Source of the DNA: Octopus sinensis
Taxonomy: Eukaryota
Length of the DNA: 29,220 bases
NCBI RefSeq assembly: GCF_006345805.1
Contig: NW_021833371.1
Span: 1-29,220 of the forward strand
Direction: 5' to 3'
Shown here in pieces: positions 1 through 10,668 of this stretch (its first letter is position 1; every line of letters begins with the position of its first letter). The notes below the pieces were generated by a model. The model saw nothing but the letters and a program-made list of their open reading frames with translations. It searched no databases and had not been told where the DNA came from. A program made the translations under genes and the position numbers.

Positions 1-95
1 ATTATTATTATTATTATCATTTTCATTTGCCTCTTCTTTCAATTGTTTCCATTTATTATTATTATTATTATCATTATTATTATTATTATTATTAT
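1..95. repeat. (ATT)n microsatellite
   Basis: Direct reading; interrupted ATT repeats. Confidence 0.9.
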
Positions 96-445
96 GTTTT
101 GCATTTATACAAGTTGGCTCCAAGTCTCACCCAGAGACCTCAAGAGACAAGTTAGAAGTTCATGCTGGTGTTATGCCTAGGGTGCCATATATTTGGTTTT
201 GTACATAGTGTTGTTCTAGAGAATATTCAAGAAACCATAAGAAAATTATGTGTTTGTTTTAAAATTTGAGATTACATAGACAGTTTTTATGTAGGATATG
301 AGCAGTTCCCATGAGCACTATCTTTTGAATTTCTGCCATTTTGGGGTCTTTTGGTATCTGAGCTAGGTAACAATCATCCACTTTTGCATTCATGGAAATA
401 ATATCAGTCAAGGATTAATATTGTTTTATAATTATTTCTTCTTTA
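96..445 (-). mobile_element. 3' end of an R4/Dong-like (RLE-type) non-LTR retrotransposon, decayed
   Basis: Minus strand at about 275-380 translates DCYLAQIPKDPKMAEIQKIVLMGTAHIL, resembling the conserved C-terminal LQKxxLLGTAxIL motif. It is followed by a 3' UTR and (TAA)n. Confidence 0.62.
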
Positions 446-539
446 GATTTTTACAAATACTCTCTGCCTAAAAGTGTTTTGCTTTCTTGCTTGTTTGAGT
501 TCTCGACTATTTGTAGAGTTGTGGGGTGCAGCTATAATA

Positions 540-761
540 TATGAGGGAGGTACTAAAAGTTTCCTCATTTTGGGCAAAAGAAAACACAGGAAGATCAGGT
601 AATTATGATTTTATTCAACATATACCTCACTTGGGTTCACACACTTATTTTAGCTGTCCTTCAGTTTTTCTAAGCCCTGTGAAAGAAATCGGAAGGTTGG
701 GCCTCAAATCAGGCTTTTAGCAATACCCTGAAAGCCAGGAACTTTTCAGCATCCCCTTGTA
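540..761. mobile_element. Tc1/mariner-type MITE
   Basis: Imperfect TIRs (TA)TGAGGGAGGTACTAAAAGTTTCC and GGAACTTTTCAGCATCCCCTTG(TA), each bounded by TA. Confidence 0.55.
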
Positions 762-897
762 CTGTCCAGCAGTGTCCCCCATCTGCCATACTTGTATGTC
801 TGAACTCAAAGTTCCACTATATATTTGGTTCTTTCTGTTTTGTTCACTACATTTCGATTCCTGGTCTGAATGTCTTCAAGACAAATTTTCTTTTTTA

Positions 898-1135
898 TCT
901 TTTACTTGTTAGAACTACAGCTATGAAGGGTTTAGTCAAACAAATCAGTCCCAGTGCTTTTTAAGTCAGATATTCATTCTATTAGTCTCTTTTGCTAAAC
1001 TGCTAAGTTACAGTTTGTAAACTGCCAACACCAGTTGTCAAGTAGTGGTGTGAAACAAAAACAAACATAAAAACACACACACATATTTATATGCATGTGC
1101 ATGTGTGTGTGTATGAAAATATGTATGTTTATATG
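898..1135 (-). mobile_element. Decayed 3' half of the abundant tRNA/CORE-type SINE
   Basis: Matches the TCTTTTACTTGTT...CTCTTTTGC..AAC.GCTAAGTTAC...GTTGTCAAG body seen at 3592, 12325 and 19553. Confidence 0.6.
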
Positions 1136-1142
1136 TGTCTGT

Positions 1143-1173
<31 letters not shown>

Positions 1174-1181
1174 TGTTATAT

Positions 1182-1654
1182 TTCGGAATGGTCATATTGC
1201 CAGTTTAGCCAATAAAAACACACGCACTATATATTTGGTGTTATTTTTGCTTCAGTGATATTTATTTTTACATTAATCTTAATCTTATTTCGGCCAAAGT
1301 TCTTTCGTCACACTCCTGTGACCGCATCAGTGGTCCTTTGTTTTCTTCTCACTTACTTGTGTCTCTCCTTACTAACCGTCAACCATTTTGTATTTCTATT
1401 GTATGTCTTCATTTGCGCATGCTTATATCTCCATGTGCGTCTATGTTTATTTAGTGTGTGTGTGTGGGGGGGGATGCCTGTAATATTTCTATCTTCTGTT
1501 TATATACATTCTTGTAATTTGTATTTTGTTTTTGTTGTTGTTGCTTTTGTTCGAATTTTGTTCATGTGTTTACATCCACCCATTATTATCATTACATATG
1601 CTTGTATGTATGTATAACAACAATATTAGTAATAATAATAATAAATCTAATCGA

Positions 1655-1699
<45 letters not shown>

Positions 1700-2030
1700 T
1701 ATATACATATATACACACATGTATACACATATACATATACACATATATATACACACATACATATATATAGTTATTCATTTCTATTTCTTTAACTATCTGT
1801 GTATTTATTATGTTTGCAGGATCCACTATCGTCATATGTTGTGGTGTGTGCTATTGCTCCATTCTAGTTTTCTATTCAGGCTAGGTTTATTTTCTATTAT
1901 ATGTGTAGCTTCTGTAATTTGTCTAATTGTTGCATCTGTTCTATGTGTGGACAATATCTTAATCTCTATGTTATTGATTGATCCCCCGTGTTCTTGTTCG
2001 GCGTGTTGGTACAGAATCGATGGACTAACA
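1182..2030 (-). mobile_element. Penelope-like element 3' remnant (GIY-YIG C-terminus plus pLTR), interrupted by microsatellites
   Basis: ORF 1832-2050 contains SILYQH...IKILS...RQITEATHI...PSLNRKLEW, typical of the PLE endonuclease C-terminus. A hammerhead-like motif lies downstream at 1292-1336. Confidence 0.6.
1292..1336 (-). ncRNA. Minimal type I hammerhead-like motif, variant core
   Basis: GGACCA-CUGAUGCG-GUCAC(AGGAGU)GUGAC-GAAA-GAACUU/UGG. Stem II is 5 bp, stem I is CCA/UGG, and A9 is replaced by C. Confidence 0.5.
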
Positions 2031-2623
2031 CAAATATATAAAGATACCATGCATTCATCACTTCAAGCTAAAACTTATATTCTTTAAATATCATTTTTAC
2101 TATTGTTGTTATTACTATCATTTTTATTATAAATGATATGACAATTTGAAATGCAATTGTCTATGCAGATTTATATTATTAGAAAATAATATAAATAAAG
2201 TGTTAAAATCTGAAAGTTAAGTTAACAAGCAATTATATAAAAAAGATAATGCAAATGAAGCTAAAATGATAGTTTTATAATTTGGGTTTTATTGAAGAAA
2301 TCAAAAGAGTTGTCTCCCCTTACTCACAACACAGAAACTGAAGAACCAGGACCACAATTACTACTACTTCCTGTCCTGCAAACATGCTGAATTTAACAAC
2401 ACAAACACAACACAACACATGCTCTTAATCCCTTTGGATCTTAACACCTCAAGGTAATTTTTTCGTAAACAACCATAAAACTCAAGATACACAACGAACT
2501 CACAATGTATCGGAGAACTTATTTTTAATTTTTGTACATTTTTATCATTATTCTTTTACAAAAAACAATGCAATTTTCTTTTTTTCCCCTTTCTAATTTA
2601 AAAAAAACTTCTTAAAACATAAA

Positions 2624-2664
2624 TATTCTTGACAAGTCATACAATGACGAAAACCGGTTGAATA
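2624..2664 (+). ncRNA. Decayed minimal hammerhead-like motif
   Basis: UAUUC-UUGACAA-GUCAU(ACA)AUGAC-GAAAA-CCGGUU-GAAUA. Stems I and II are intact, the core is mutated, and stem III is the palindrome ACCGGU. Confidence 0.5.
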
Positions 2665-2756
2665 AATATATATTTATATATTTTATCATTTACTCATTTT
2701 ATTAAAATTTTCTTTCATTTGAGCATTCTGCATTTTTAAAAAAATTTTTCCTTACT

Positions 2757-2815
<59 letters not shown>

Positions 2816-2817
<2 letters not shown>

Positions 2818-3199
2818 AGGCGCAATGGCCCAGTGGTTAGGGCAGCGGACTCGCGGTCATAGGATCGCGGTTTCGATTCCCAGACCGGGCGTTGTGAGTG
2901 TTTATTGAGCGAAAACACCTAAAAGCTCCACGAGGCTCCGGCAGGGGATGGTGGTGATCCCTGCTGTACTCTTTCACCACAACTTTCTCTCACTCTTACT
3001 TCCTGTTTCTGTTGTACCTGTATTTCAAGGGGCCGGCCTTGCCACTCTCTGTGTCACGCTGAATATCCCCGAGTACTACGTTAAGGGTGCACGTGTCTGT
3101 GGAGTGCTGAGCCACTTACACGTTAATTTCACGAGCAGGCAGTTCCGTTGATTCGGATCAACCGGAACCCTCGTCGTCATAACCGATGGAGTGCTTCCA
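2816..3199 (+). mobile_element. tRNA-derived SINE (octopus OK/OR-type), between (TG)n and (TA)n
   Basis: Head GGAGGCGCAATGGCCCAGTGGTTAGG with A box and B box GGTTTCGATTCC, followed by about 300 bp of non-tRNA body. Confidence 0.8.
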
Positions 3200-3220
3200 T
3201 ATATATATATATATATATAT

Positions 3221-3536
3221 GGAAAAAAAGTAAAGGTAGGAAATGCTAAAATAATTTTATAAAAAACATTTCAGTACTGGTTTCTCTTGTTTACTCTTGT
3301 GGGTTTGAGGTCGAACCCACAAGAGTAAACAAAAGAGACAGAGACAGGCAGAAACAAGGAAAATGCCACTTGTATTTGAATACTATGCAAATATTCTTTT
3401 AAAAACCTTTTCTTTTAACTTTTCCAAAGTTTAATTGTTTTCCATGCTTACAGTTGAAAAAGTCTCAATGATTGAAACTGGTAATGAAATGTTTTTTATA
3501 AAATTATTTTAGCATTTATACCTTGACTTTTTTTCC
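3221..3536. mobile_element. Inverted-repeat element (about 64-bp imperfect arms) with an internal 19-bp hairpin
   Basis: 3221-3284 matches the reverse complement of 3474-3536. Perfect stem at 3287-3305/3314-3332 with an 8-nt loop. Confidence 0.75.
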
Positions 3537-3591
3537 ACATACATCAACTCGTGTGTTCCTTTTCAAACTTCTACATGCATATATATATATA

Positions 3592-3857
3592 TACTCTTTA
3601 CTCTTTTACTTGTTTCATTCATTTGACTACAACCATGCTGGAGCACCACCTTTAGTCAAGCAATCAACCCCAGGACTTATTCTTTGTAAGCCTAGTACTT
3701 ATTCTATTGGTCTCTTTGCCGAACTGCTAAGTTACGGAGATGTAAACACACCAGCACCAGTTGTCAAGCGATGTTGGGGGCACAAACACAGACACATAGA
3801 CACACAAACACAGACACATAGACACACAAACACACACACACACACACACACACATAT
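3592..3857 (-). mobile_element. 3' half of tRNA/CORE-type SINE
   Basis: Matches 12325-12540, including the TACTCTTT tail and the internal (CA)n. Confidence 0.8.
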
Positions 3858-4339
3858 ATGGATATTTTCACTTGTTTCTTTTATGTCCTGTTTTCAACTC
3901 TAGAATGGATTAGATGTGTAGTTTTCAACTGGGGTCCACATGACCCTTGTTAGTTCATATAAAATTTCGTTCTTAAAATTTATGTGCAGAAAATTTACCA
4001 TACTTCTATAATACACAAAATGTTTTAACAATGTTTTTTATGCAGTTCCTCATAATATTTGTTTATGGAAATACAAGAGGATTTTTTTTTAAACACCAAA
4101 TGGTTATGGGGTCCAATAGAATAAAACAGAAACAAAGGGTTTCATAAATAAAAAAAATAATTTAGAAGAATATACTGCTGAAGCATTGTTTTACAGCCAG
4201 ATGCTTTTCTTGTCACTGACCCTTACTGCTTTTCAAATAAGGGGTCATTGATTCCACAAATCTTTGAATGTGAAAAGCCAGTGAATGATTTATTGACAGG
4301 GGAAATGAAAACAACCTATAGCTCAGGGACTTTCAAAGA

Positions 4340-4685
4340 GACCCAAATGTTAACAAATGCATAGACATGCACACACACACATACACACATGCACGCATGC
4401 ATGCACACACACACACACATGCACACACATGTAAACACATATGCAAGTGTGTACACATGTACACATGTGCAGACAGATGCACATGCACATGTGCACACAA
4501 AACATGCACACACACACAACAGGCTTCTTTCAATTCCCATCTACCAAAGCCACTCACAAGGCTTTGGTCAGCCTGAGACCATAACAGAAAACCTACCAGA
4601 CAAGACACTTGACCACTGTGGGACTGAACTCAAAGCTATGTGGTTATCAAGTTAATTGCTTAACCACCCAGCCATACTTGTGCCC
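4340..4685 (-). mobile_element. 5' half of tRNA/CORE-type SINE with expanded (CA)n/(CATG) microsatellite
   Basis: GGCTTCTTTCAATT..CTACCAAA.CCACTCACAAGGCTTTGGTC...GTGGGACTGAAC matches 12545-12700. Confidence 0.7.
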
Positions 4686-4727
4686 CGATGACTCAGCCTT
4701 AGTATTACAAATGATAAGTGCACTTAC

Positions 4728-4766
4728 TTTCAAATACTCCAGTGTTTCTGAAATTTGGTCTTCTTT
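4728..4766 (-). CDS. Candidate 39-nt coding micro-exon of an unidentified host gene
   Basis: Acceptor TTTTATGTTACAG| and donor |GTAAGT; length divisible by 3. Open as KEDQISETLEYLK (phase 0) or RRPNFRNTGVFE (phase 1). Confidence 0.4.
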
Positions 4767-4831
4767 CTGTAACATAAAACAATCATGTTTTTTATCATTC
4801 AATATAAATCCCTGCACAAATAAACAGCACT

Positions 4832-5432
4832 CCTACACTTGAATATTACCCTAACACTTAAATACCATCCCTACACTTAAATGGTACCCTTACACTTAAA
4901 TAGCACCCCTACACTTAAATAGAACCCCTACACTTAAATAGCAACCCTACACTTAAATAGCACCCCTACACTTAAATAGCACCCCTACACTTAAATAGCA
5001 TTCCTACACTTAAATAGCACCCCTACATTTAAATAGCACCCCTATACTTAATATACACCTACACTTAAATAACACCCTACACTTATATAGTACCCTTACA
5101 ATTAAATAGCACTGCTACACTTAAATAGCACTGCTACATTTAAATGGCACTACTACTCTTAAATAGCACCCTTACACTTCAAAAGTACTGCTACATATAA
5201 ATGGCACACCTACACTTAAATAGCACTGCTACACTTAAATAGAACTACTACAGTTAAATAGCAGTGTTACACTTAAATAGCACTCCAACACTTAAATAGC
5301 ACCCCTACACTTAAATAAAACTCCTACATTTAAGTGATATGCTTACACTTAAATAGCACCCTTACACTTAAGTGGTACTACTACACTTAAACAATACTTC
5401 TAAGCTTAAACAACACTGATACATTAAACAAG
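4832..5432. repeat. Minisatellite, about 19-bp unit CTACACTTAAATAGCACCC, about 30 diverged copies
   Basis: Direct reading; units abut with no unique spacers. Confidence 0.95.
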
Positions 5433-5744
5433 AGTCCTAGAGACAATTCTCCTAAACCCTAAAGACGACAGTGATATCAACAGATCAGAGAATCTTTCCG
5501 GATCAAGCTGCAACTTCTCTGTATTGAGAGGTCACAACCCTGGTACTATGGACTCGAAAGTCATAAGAAAGAATTACAAGATGGATTCTTCAAGTTGAGT
5601 CAACTGGCAGGAGACCTAGAGGTATATAGATATAGAGATGTATATACATATATGTATGCATGTATCAAGATATATATATATATGGATGTATGCATCCCCC
5701 ACACACACACACAGAGTTAGGAGTCTTGTCATTCAAGTAACTTA

Positions 5745-5910
5745 GTGACCTCACTAGTGCTGGGACCATGAAAAGCACTCAGTATAGACTCTGAAAAGTG
5801 GTTGGCATGAAGAAGGGTATCTGGCCATGGGAACTATGCCCAAGCAAACATTGACCATGGTGTTGTCCTTCAGATTCTGTCAACCCATCTAGGCATTAAA
5901 TGATGATGGT
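5745..5910 (+). mobile_element. Decayed SINE/RTE-type 3' tail
   Basis: AAAAGCAC...GTGGTTGGCAT..GAAGGG.ATC...CAACCCAT...TTAAATGATGATG, similar to 18600-18780. Confidence 0.55.
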
Positions 5911-5919
5911 TATACAGTT

Positions 5920-6100
5920 CTCTATTTGAGAGATGAGGAATTATGTACATTATTTACATTATTTACATTTGATGGATATTTGTCCTCATCTTGTTTGCTT
6001 TTAACAAACCATTTCTGATGATGTACTCTCCAGCCTTCATCAGGTGTCCTGAGGGAATTTTGAATCTGGGTTCTCATTCCAAAGGTATTTTTCCGATGTT
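5920..6100 (-). mobile_element. Solo pLTR of the PLE family at 7677-8277 and 15594-16922, with decayed hammerhead (6003-6048)
   Basis: Reverse complement reads GACACCTGATGAAGGCTGGAG...CAAACAAGATGAGGACAAATATCC...AATTCCTCATCTCTCAAATAG. Confidence 0.8.
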
Positions 6101-6111
6101 ATTATTATTAA

Positions 6112-6142
<31 letters not shown>

Positions 6143-6165
6143 TATTATTATTATTATTATTATTG

Positions 6166-6771
6166 AATGAGAGAGCAGTGCATGGCATCAAAGTGACACC
6201 AGGGTAAAATATACGAAGCCCAGTATACCCATCATGACTACCAATCTGATAAGGGTACACTAGGCACATGCATCACGACCATATTTGCACGACATGGTGA
6301 TCTCATATCAAGATAAACAGCGCATGAGCTTGCAGGTGGGGCCCAGTTAGAATTTTCTTCTGGTCGAGTAACCCATCCCGCTCAAAAGGTCCCTGAATAA
6401 GGGTTGTTTAAGGATGTTGAAGGAAACATCCATGTTTTCAGAGGTGAATTATTCAAACCTCAAAGAATCCCTCTCAACACAAGGCTATGATGCTCCCCAC
6501 TACTTCTGCTCATGATCAGAGATGCACATATTGTCACCCACTAAGGGACATGCTCAACATGTTAAGGTCAAACAAATCTGTGGTATTGAGCAGAATATTT
6601 GCTGTAGCCCATCTTTTATACCAAGACAAAACAATGTACATGATAACACCTCCAGTCGGTTAAGATCTGAAGCCTCGAGAGCCACTGCCTGGTACTGTAT
6701 CAAGGCATCTGTGGTATTGAGCAGAATATTTGCTGTAGCCCAACTTTTATACCAGAACAAAACAATGTACA
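6166..6771 (-). mobile_element. Non-coding retroposon-like repeat ending in an (AAT)n tail, with an internal 65-bp direct duplication (6576-6640 / 6707-6771)
   Basis: (ATT)n at 6100-6165 abuts its minus-strand 3' end and the duplication is visible directly. Family not identified. Confidence 0.5.
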
Positions 6772-6774
6772 GGA

Positions 6775-6775
<1 letters not shown>

Positions 6776-6834
<59 letters not shown>

Positions 6835-6962
6835 CATCATCATCACCATCATTATTATTATTATTATTATTATTAATATTATTATTAATCAGGTCACTGC
6901 CTGGAATCAAAATCTTGGGGTTAGTAGCCCATGCTGTTGTTAACCACTATGCCTTATGCTTG
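6776..6962 (-). mobile_element. Short tRNA-derived SINE head (6888-6962) with (AAT)n(GAT)n tail
   Basis: Reverse complement GGCATAGTGGTTAA...GGGCTACTAACCCCAAGATT.TGATTCCAGGCAGTGACCTG shows decayed A and B boxes, followed by the microsatellites. Confidence 0.55.
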
Positions 6963-7043
6963 TGAGCAATTATGGAATGAATTTTAGGGATTATAAACCT
7001 AATATTTTCCTTTCTGTCCTTAATACCAGTTCCCATATGCTAT

Positions 7044-8277
7044 TCATATTGGCCACATATCTTTTGTATCTATTCAGAGAGGCCTTTCTCATAGTGTAGA
7101 CAGAGTGTGGACAGTTTATTGGTTTCATCCTTTCTTTTCTTCATAATTGGAGTGGATAGTATGTTTTTGGGGTAGTTGTTGCTTAATAGATTGTTACTTA
7201 GCTTGATCATTTCTTTGTGGTGGATATCAGGATTGCTACTTATATTCTTTGCTCAATGTTTTAGGTACTGAGCAATCACTCTCTTTACACTGTGGAATTG
7301 AAGTTGAGGTATCGTCCAGTGAAGGTTGGCTTGCAGTATACAGATGTCCTGGATCCATAATTGGGGCATGTTAATAATACGTCCAGGAATGCTAACTGAT
7401 TGTCTTTTTCCTTTTCTTTTGTGAACTGTATGGATGGCTTTATTGAGTTCACGTAATCTAACAGTACTTGAACATCTTCCTGTCAGGTCAGAGTATGAAG
7501 GTATCATCAACATATTGCAGCCATAGGATTGGTTTTAGTGGTGTTGATTCTAAAGCCAAATTCTTAAAAACAAATTCCATGTATATATTGGCTACCATCA
7601 GTGATAATAGTGAACCTATAGCTAAACCCTCTTCTTGTCCACATATATCAGTGTCCATTCTGAAGTAGGTACAAAAAAAAGATACAAAAGATATGCAGCC
7701 CATATGACATCAGGACAGTATTCAAGAGTAATACAACACTTCGCAAATATCTCCTTCGATTAAAACCACCAATAGAAGAGAATATGACCAAAGACTGTGT
7801 AATACTCCATCCCATGCAGCTGTGGTAGGTTATACTAAGATTAAACATGCTGCCCTCTCAAAATAAGGGTAGAGGAACATTGCAAAGCTGTGACATGAGG
7901 AGATATTGATAAATTGGGTATAGCTAATCATGTATGGAAAAATGGAGACCACCTTTCCCTGTGGGATGAAGTTAAAATAGACAGAGAACACCACTGGAAA
8001 ATATGAAAACTAAAAGAAGCAGTACATATGGTAGGACACAACAACCTCCTAAGCAGACTGAGTGCAGTTAGGAACAGCATATAGAAACCGGTATTAAGGA
8101 AGGATAGGAGAATATTAAATTTATAAGCCCTTGTTAATAACAACACCAACATCGAAAAATACCTTTTCCTAAGACACCTGATGAAGGCTGGAGTGTATAT
8201 CAGCCGAAACATTGTGTTAACAACAAACAAGATGAGGATAAATATCTGTCAATTGTAAATTCTTCATCTCTTAAATA
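7044..8277. mobile_element. Penelope-like element with inverted 5' (RT) part (7044-7672, minus) and forward 3' (GIY-YIG plus pLTR) part (7677-8277, plus)
   Basis: Minus piece encodes GLAIGSLLS...WLQYVDDTF. The plus piece is collinear with 16319-16922 and ends in the hammerhead pLTR. Confidence 0.85.
8173..8218 (+). ncRNA. Minimal type I hammerhead in PLE pLTR (stem III decayed)
   Basis: GACAC-CUGAUGAA-GGCUG(loop)CAGCC-GAAACAUU-GUGUU. Confidence 0.7.
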
Positions 8278-9670
8278 GATGTCCATTCATGCGAATTACC
8301 GAACGGATGCCTCTGTACAAGGCATCTATCCAGCTGCGGAAGACGGGACCAAAACCAACCACTATGAGGACAGCCTCCAAGTATCGATGGTCTACCCAAT
8401 CAAAAGCTTTGGATTGATCCAAATTGATCAGGGCCCCACTCATTCCAGGTTCCTTAACTACCCTGTCTATGATGTAGCGCATCAGATGGAGGTTGTTATG
8501 GATGCTCCGGCCTGGCATGGCGCATGTTTTACACCTTGTCAACCAGTTTCTCAATGACAAGCACCAACCTCTTGGCTAACACCATGGCCAAAATTTTCAA
8601 GTCTGCATTGAGAATAGTGATGGGCCGTAAGTTATATATTACGTTCCCCTTGTTTAGATCTTTCTTATGCAGTGTTATGGCTCCTCAGCCAGTTGCAGTA
8701 CACTGCTGCCAAGACATCTCCGAACAAGTCTGGCATACAACTGTTAAGCTCATAGGGTAGACCATCTAAACCCGGTGATTTGTCCCTCGAGCATTCCGCC
8801 ATTATGTCCCGCACTTGCGCCACCATGATGGCACCTTCGCAGCACTCTGCCTCTCTTGTCGAAAGTCGTGACAGGCTGTGCTGGTAGGCACTGAAATCCA
8901 CCCTGCGTTCTCGCTCACTACTCGTCCTGAACAGTCGGGCAAAATGCTGTTGAAAAGCCACACACATTTTACTTGGTTTGAGTAATTCGTGCCCTTATTC
9001 ATCTACCAGAGACCGAATGTTGGCTTTGTTGCCCTTTTGTGCCTCTGCCACCTGGGCCTCTTATGCGACTCCAACACATTCGTTCCTTAAAGCACGCATC
9101 CTAGCTCTGACAACACACCATTCGTGTTTAGCATTGAAGTGTTGGTCGAGGGTCAACCTCGCCGTCAAAATGTCGAATGCGAAGCCACTTCTAATCGCTT
9201 CTTCTAGCTTCTAAACTAGGTCACCCTCTACACTGTTTCTATCTATTGCTAGTGCTTTACTATAATTAATCGCTTCCGCTTTTACTGCTCTCAAGGGTAA
9301 ACCACCATTTGTTGTTGATGATGGCTCCCGTCGAAGCCCTCTTTACTAGTGTGCTAATCCGGTCTCTGAAAACCTGTCTCAACGGGAAACATGCGTTCAG
9401 TTTCCAGTAACCGGGACCCTGCCTATCTGTCTTATCTATGTCTAGCGTACACGTCACAAATTTGTGATCCGTGTAGCTGACTATGTAGAATTGTGGACAC
9501 CCTACGCTATCTCTATCTACTGTCCTACACAGTATCCTATCTAGATACTATCTCGACGACCCGATGCAGTTGCTCCATCTGTTTCCAAGGTAGCATTCCA
9601 ATCCCCCACTCGAGGAGATCACTATAAAGTTTCTTGGAAGAGTACTCCTGGCATCTTCCAACCGCATTGG
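8278..9670 (-). mobile_element. Tx1/L1-clade LINE fragment (APE endonuclease C-terminus, linker, RT N-terminus), decayed
   Basis: Motifs GDWNA, YLDRIL, TDHKFV, GPGYWKLN, KSPGLDGLPYE, SIHNNLHL, LDQSKAFD in shifted frames. Confidence 0.85.
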
Positions 9671-9944
9671 GGTAATTGGATTTTAGTGTGATGCAGGGTT
9701 GGTGTGATGTGCAATATTTTAATGTGTTCTGGTGGTGTTGTGTATAGGTGGTTGCTTGTTTTTATGTGTCAGGTTTTTTTTTTTGTGGTTTTGGCCAACT
9801 TACGTGGAGCCCATTTGAATAGCGTTTGTCTAGCAGATAGATAGATTAATATGAATATATATATATATATATATATGTATAAAGATATATATATATATAT
9901 ATACGTATATACGTGTGTTTGTATGTATATACATATATGTATGT

Positions 9945-10535
9945 ATATGGGACAGGAAGTAAATATGTGCCGAGATATCAAAAAGGAGATCTCACGGAGA
10001 GTAAGGGCCGGATGGAAGGCATTTAATGGCATAAGGGATATCCTCAAGGGAGGTTGGACAGGACCACCCGTGCCAACCTCATTAACAGTGCAGTTCTGCC
10101 TGCAATGTTATATGGTAGTGAAACATGGGCTACCACAAAGAGAGAAGAGCAAAGACTGGTAACGGCTCAAAGTGCCATGGAAAGGTCAATGCTTGGTATC
10201 TCGTTGAGAGAGCACATCAGTAGCGAGATCATCAGAAAGAAGTCCAGTGTGAGAGATGTCATCGCAGAGTATACACGCAGCAAGTATAGATGGGCTGGAC
10301 ACGTCGCCTGGCTCACCGATAATCGGTGGACCCACGCAGTTGTCGAGTGGTACCCGCGCGAGCGGAAAAGACCACCCAGAAGACCTCCACGACGGTGGAG
10401 TTATGATTTCAGGAGGATGATTTGGATCACGTGGATGATAAAGGCGCGATCCAGAGAGGAGTGGACAGCGTGCTGTGACCAGCAGTGTCAAATGGACGCC
10501 TGACGGACTGGTCAGTCAAGGTGATCAAGGTGATA
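9945..10535 (+). mobile_element. RTE-clade LINE 3' fragment (a second RTE family)
   Basis: YMGQEVN..EISRRVRAGWKAF, VLPAMLYGSETW, RWAGHV..DNRWT..EWYPR..RP..RP..RW, and a short tandem CAAGGTGA tail. Confidence 0.85.
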
Positions 10536-10668
10536 TACATATATACATATAAAAGACAAAATAAAGTGAAAAACTTCAGAAGACTTGTTTATATGGTTAA
10601 AGAATATATTTAAATCGTCTTGTTTTTAAAAATGCTATAAATTTTTGTGTATAGTAACATTGTTTTTG

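Noticed and set aside
2816-2890. tRNA gene
   Set aside because: A and B boxes are present, but the sequence continues into a 300-bp SINE body and I could not complete a cloverleaf.
3915-4160. Possible hAT-type MITE (GTAGTTTTCAACTGGGGTCCA...GGGGTCCA)
   Set aside because: Right TIR and TSD are not recognisable.
4832-5432. Minisatellite or the 98-bp repeats at 18242 as a CRISPR array
   Set aside because: No unique spacers, no cas genes, eukaryotic context.
5484-5621. Possible 138-nt plus-strand exon (IRESFRIKLQLLCIERSQPWYYGLESHKKELQDGFFKLSQLAGDLE)
   Set aside because: No polypyrimidine tract, weak GTATAT donor, no recognisable protein, and opposite strand to the better exon candidates. It is worth only a BLAST.
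6522-6965. ORFs with poly-S/poly-L or poly-N/poly-D tracts
   Set aside because: Read-through of the (CAT)n(ATT)n SINE tail.
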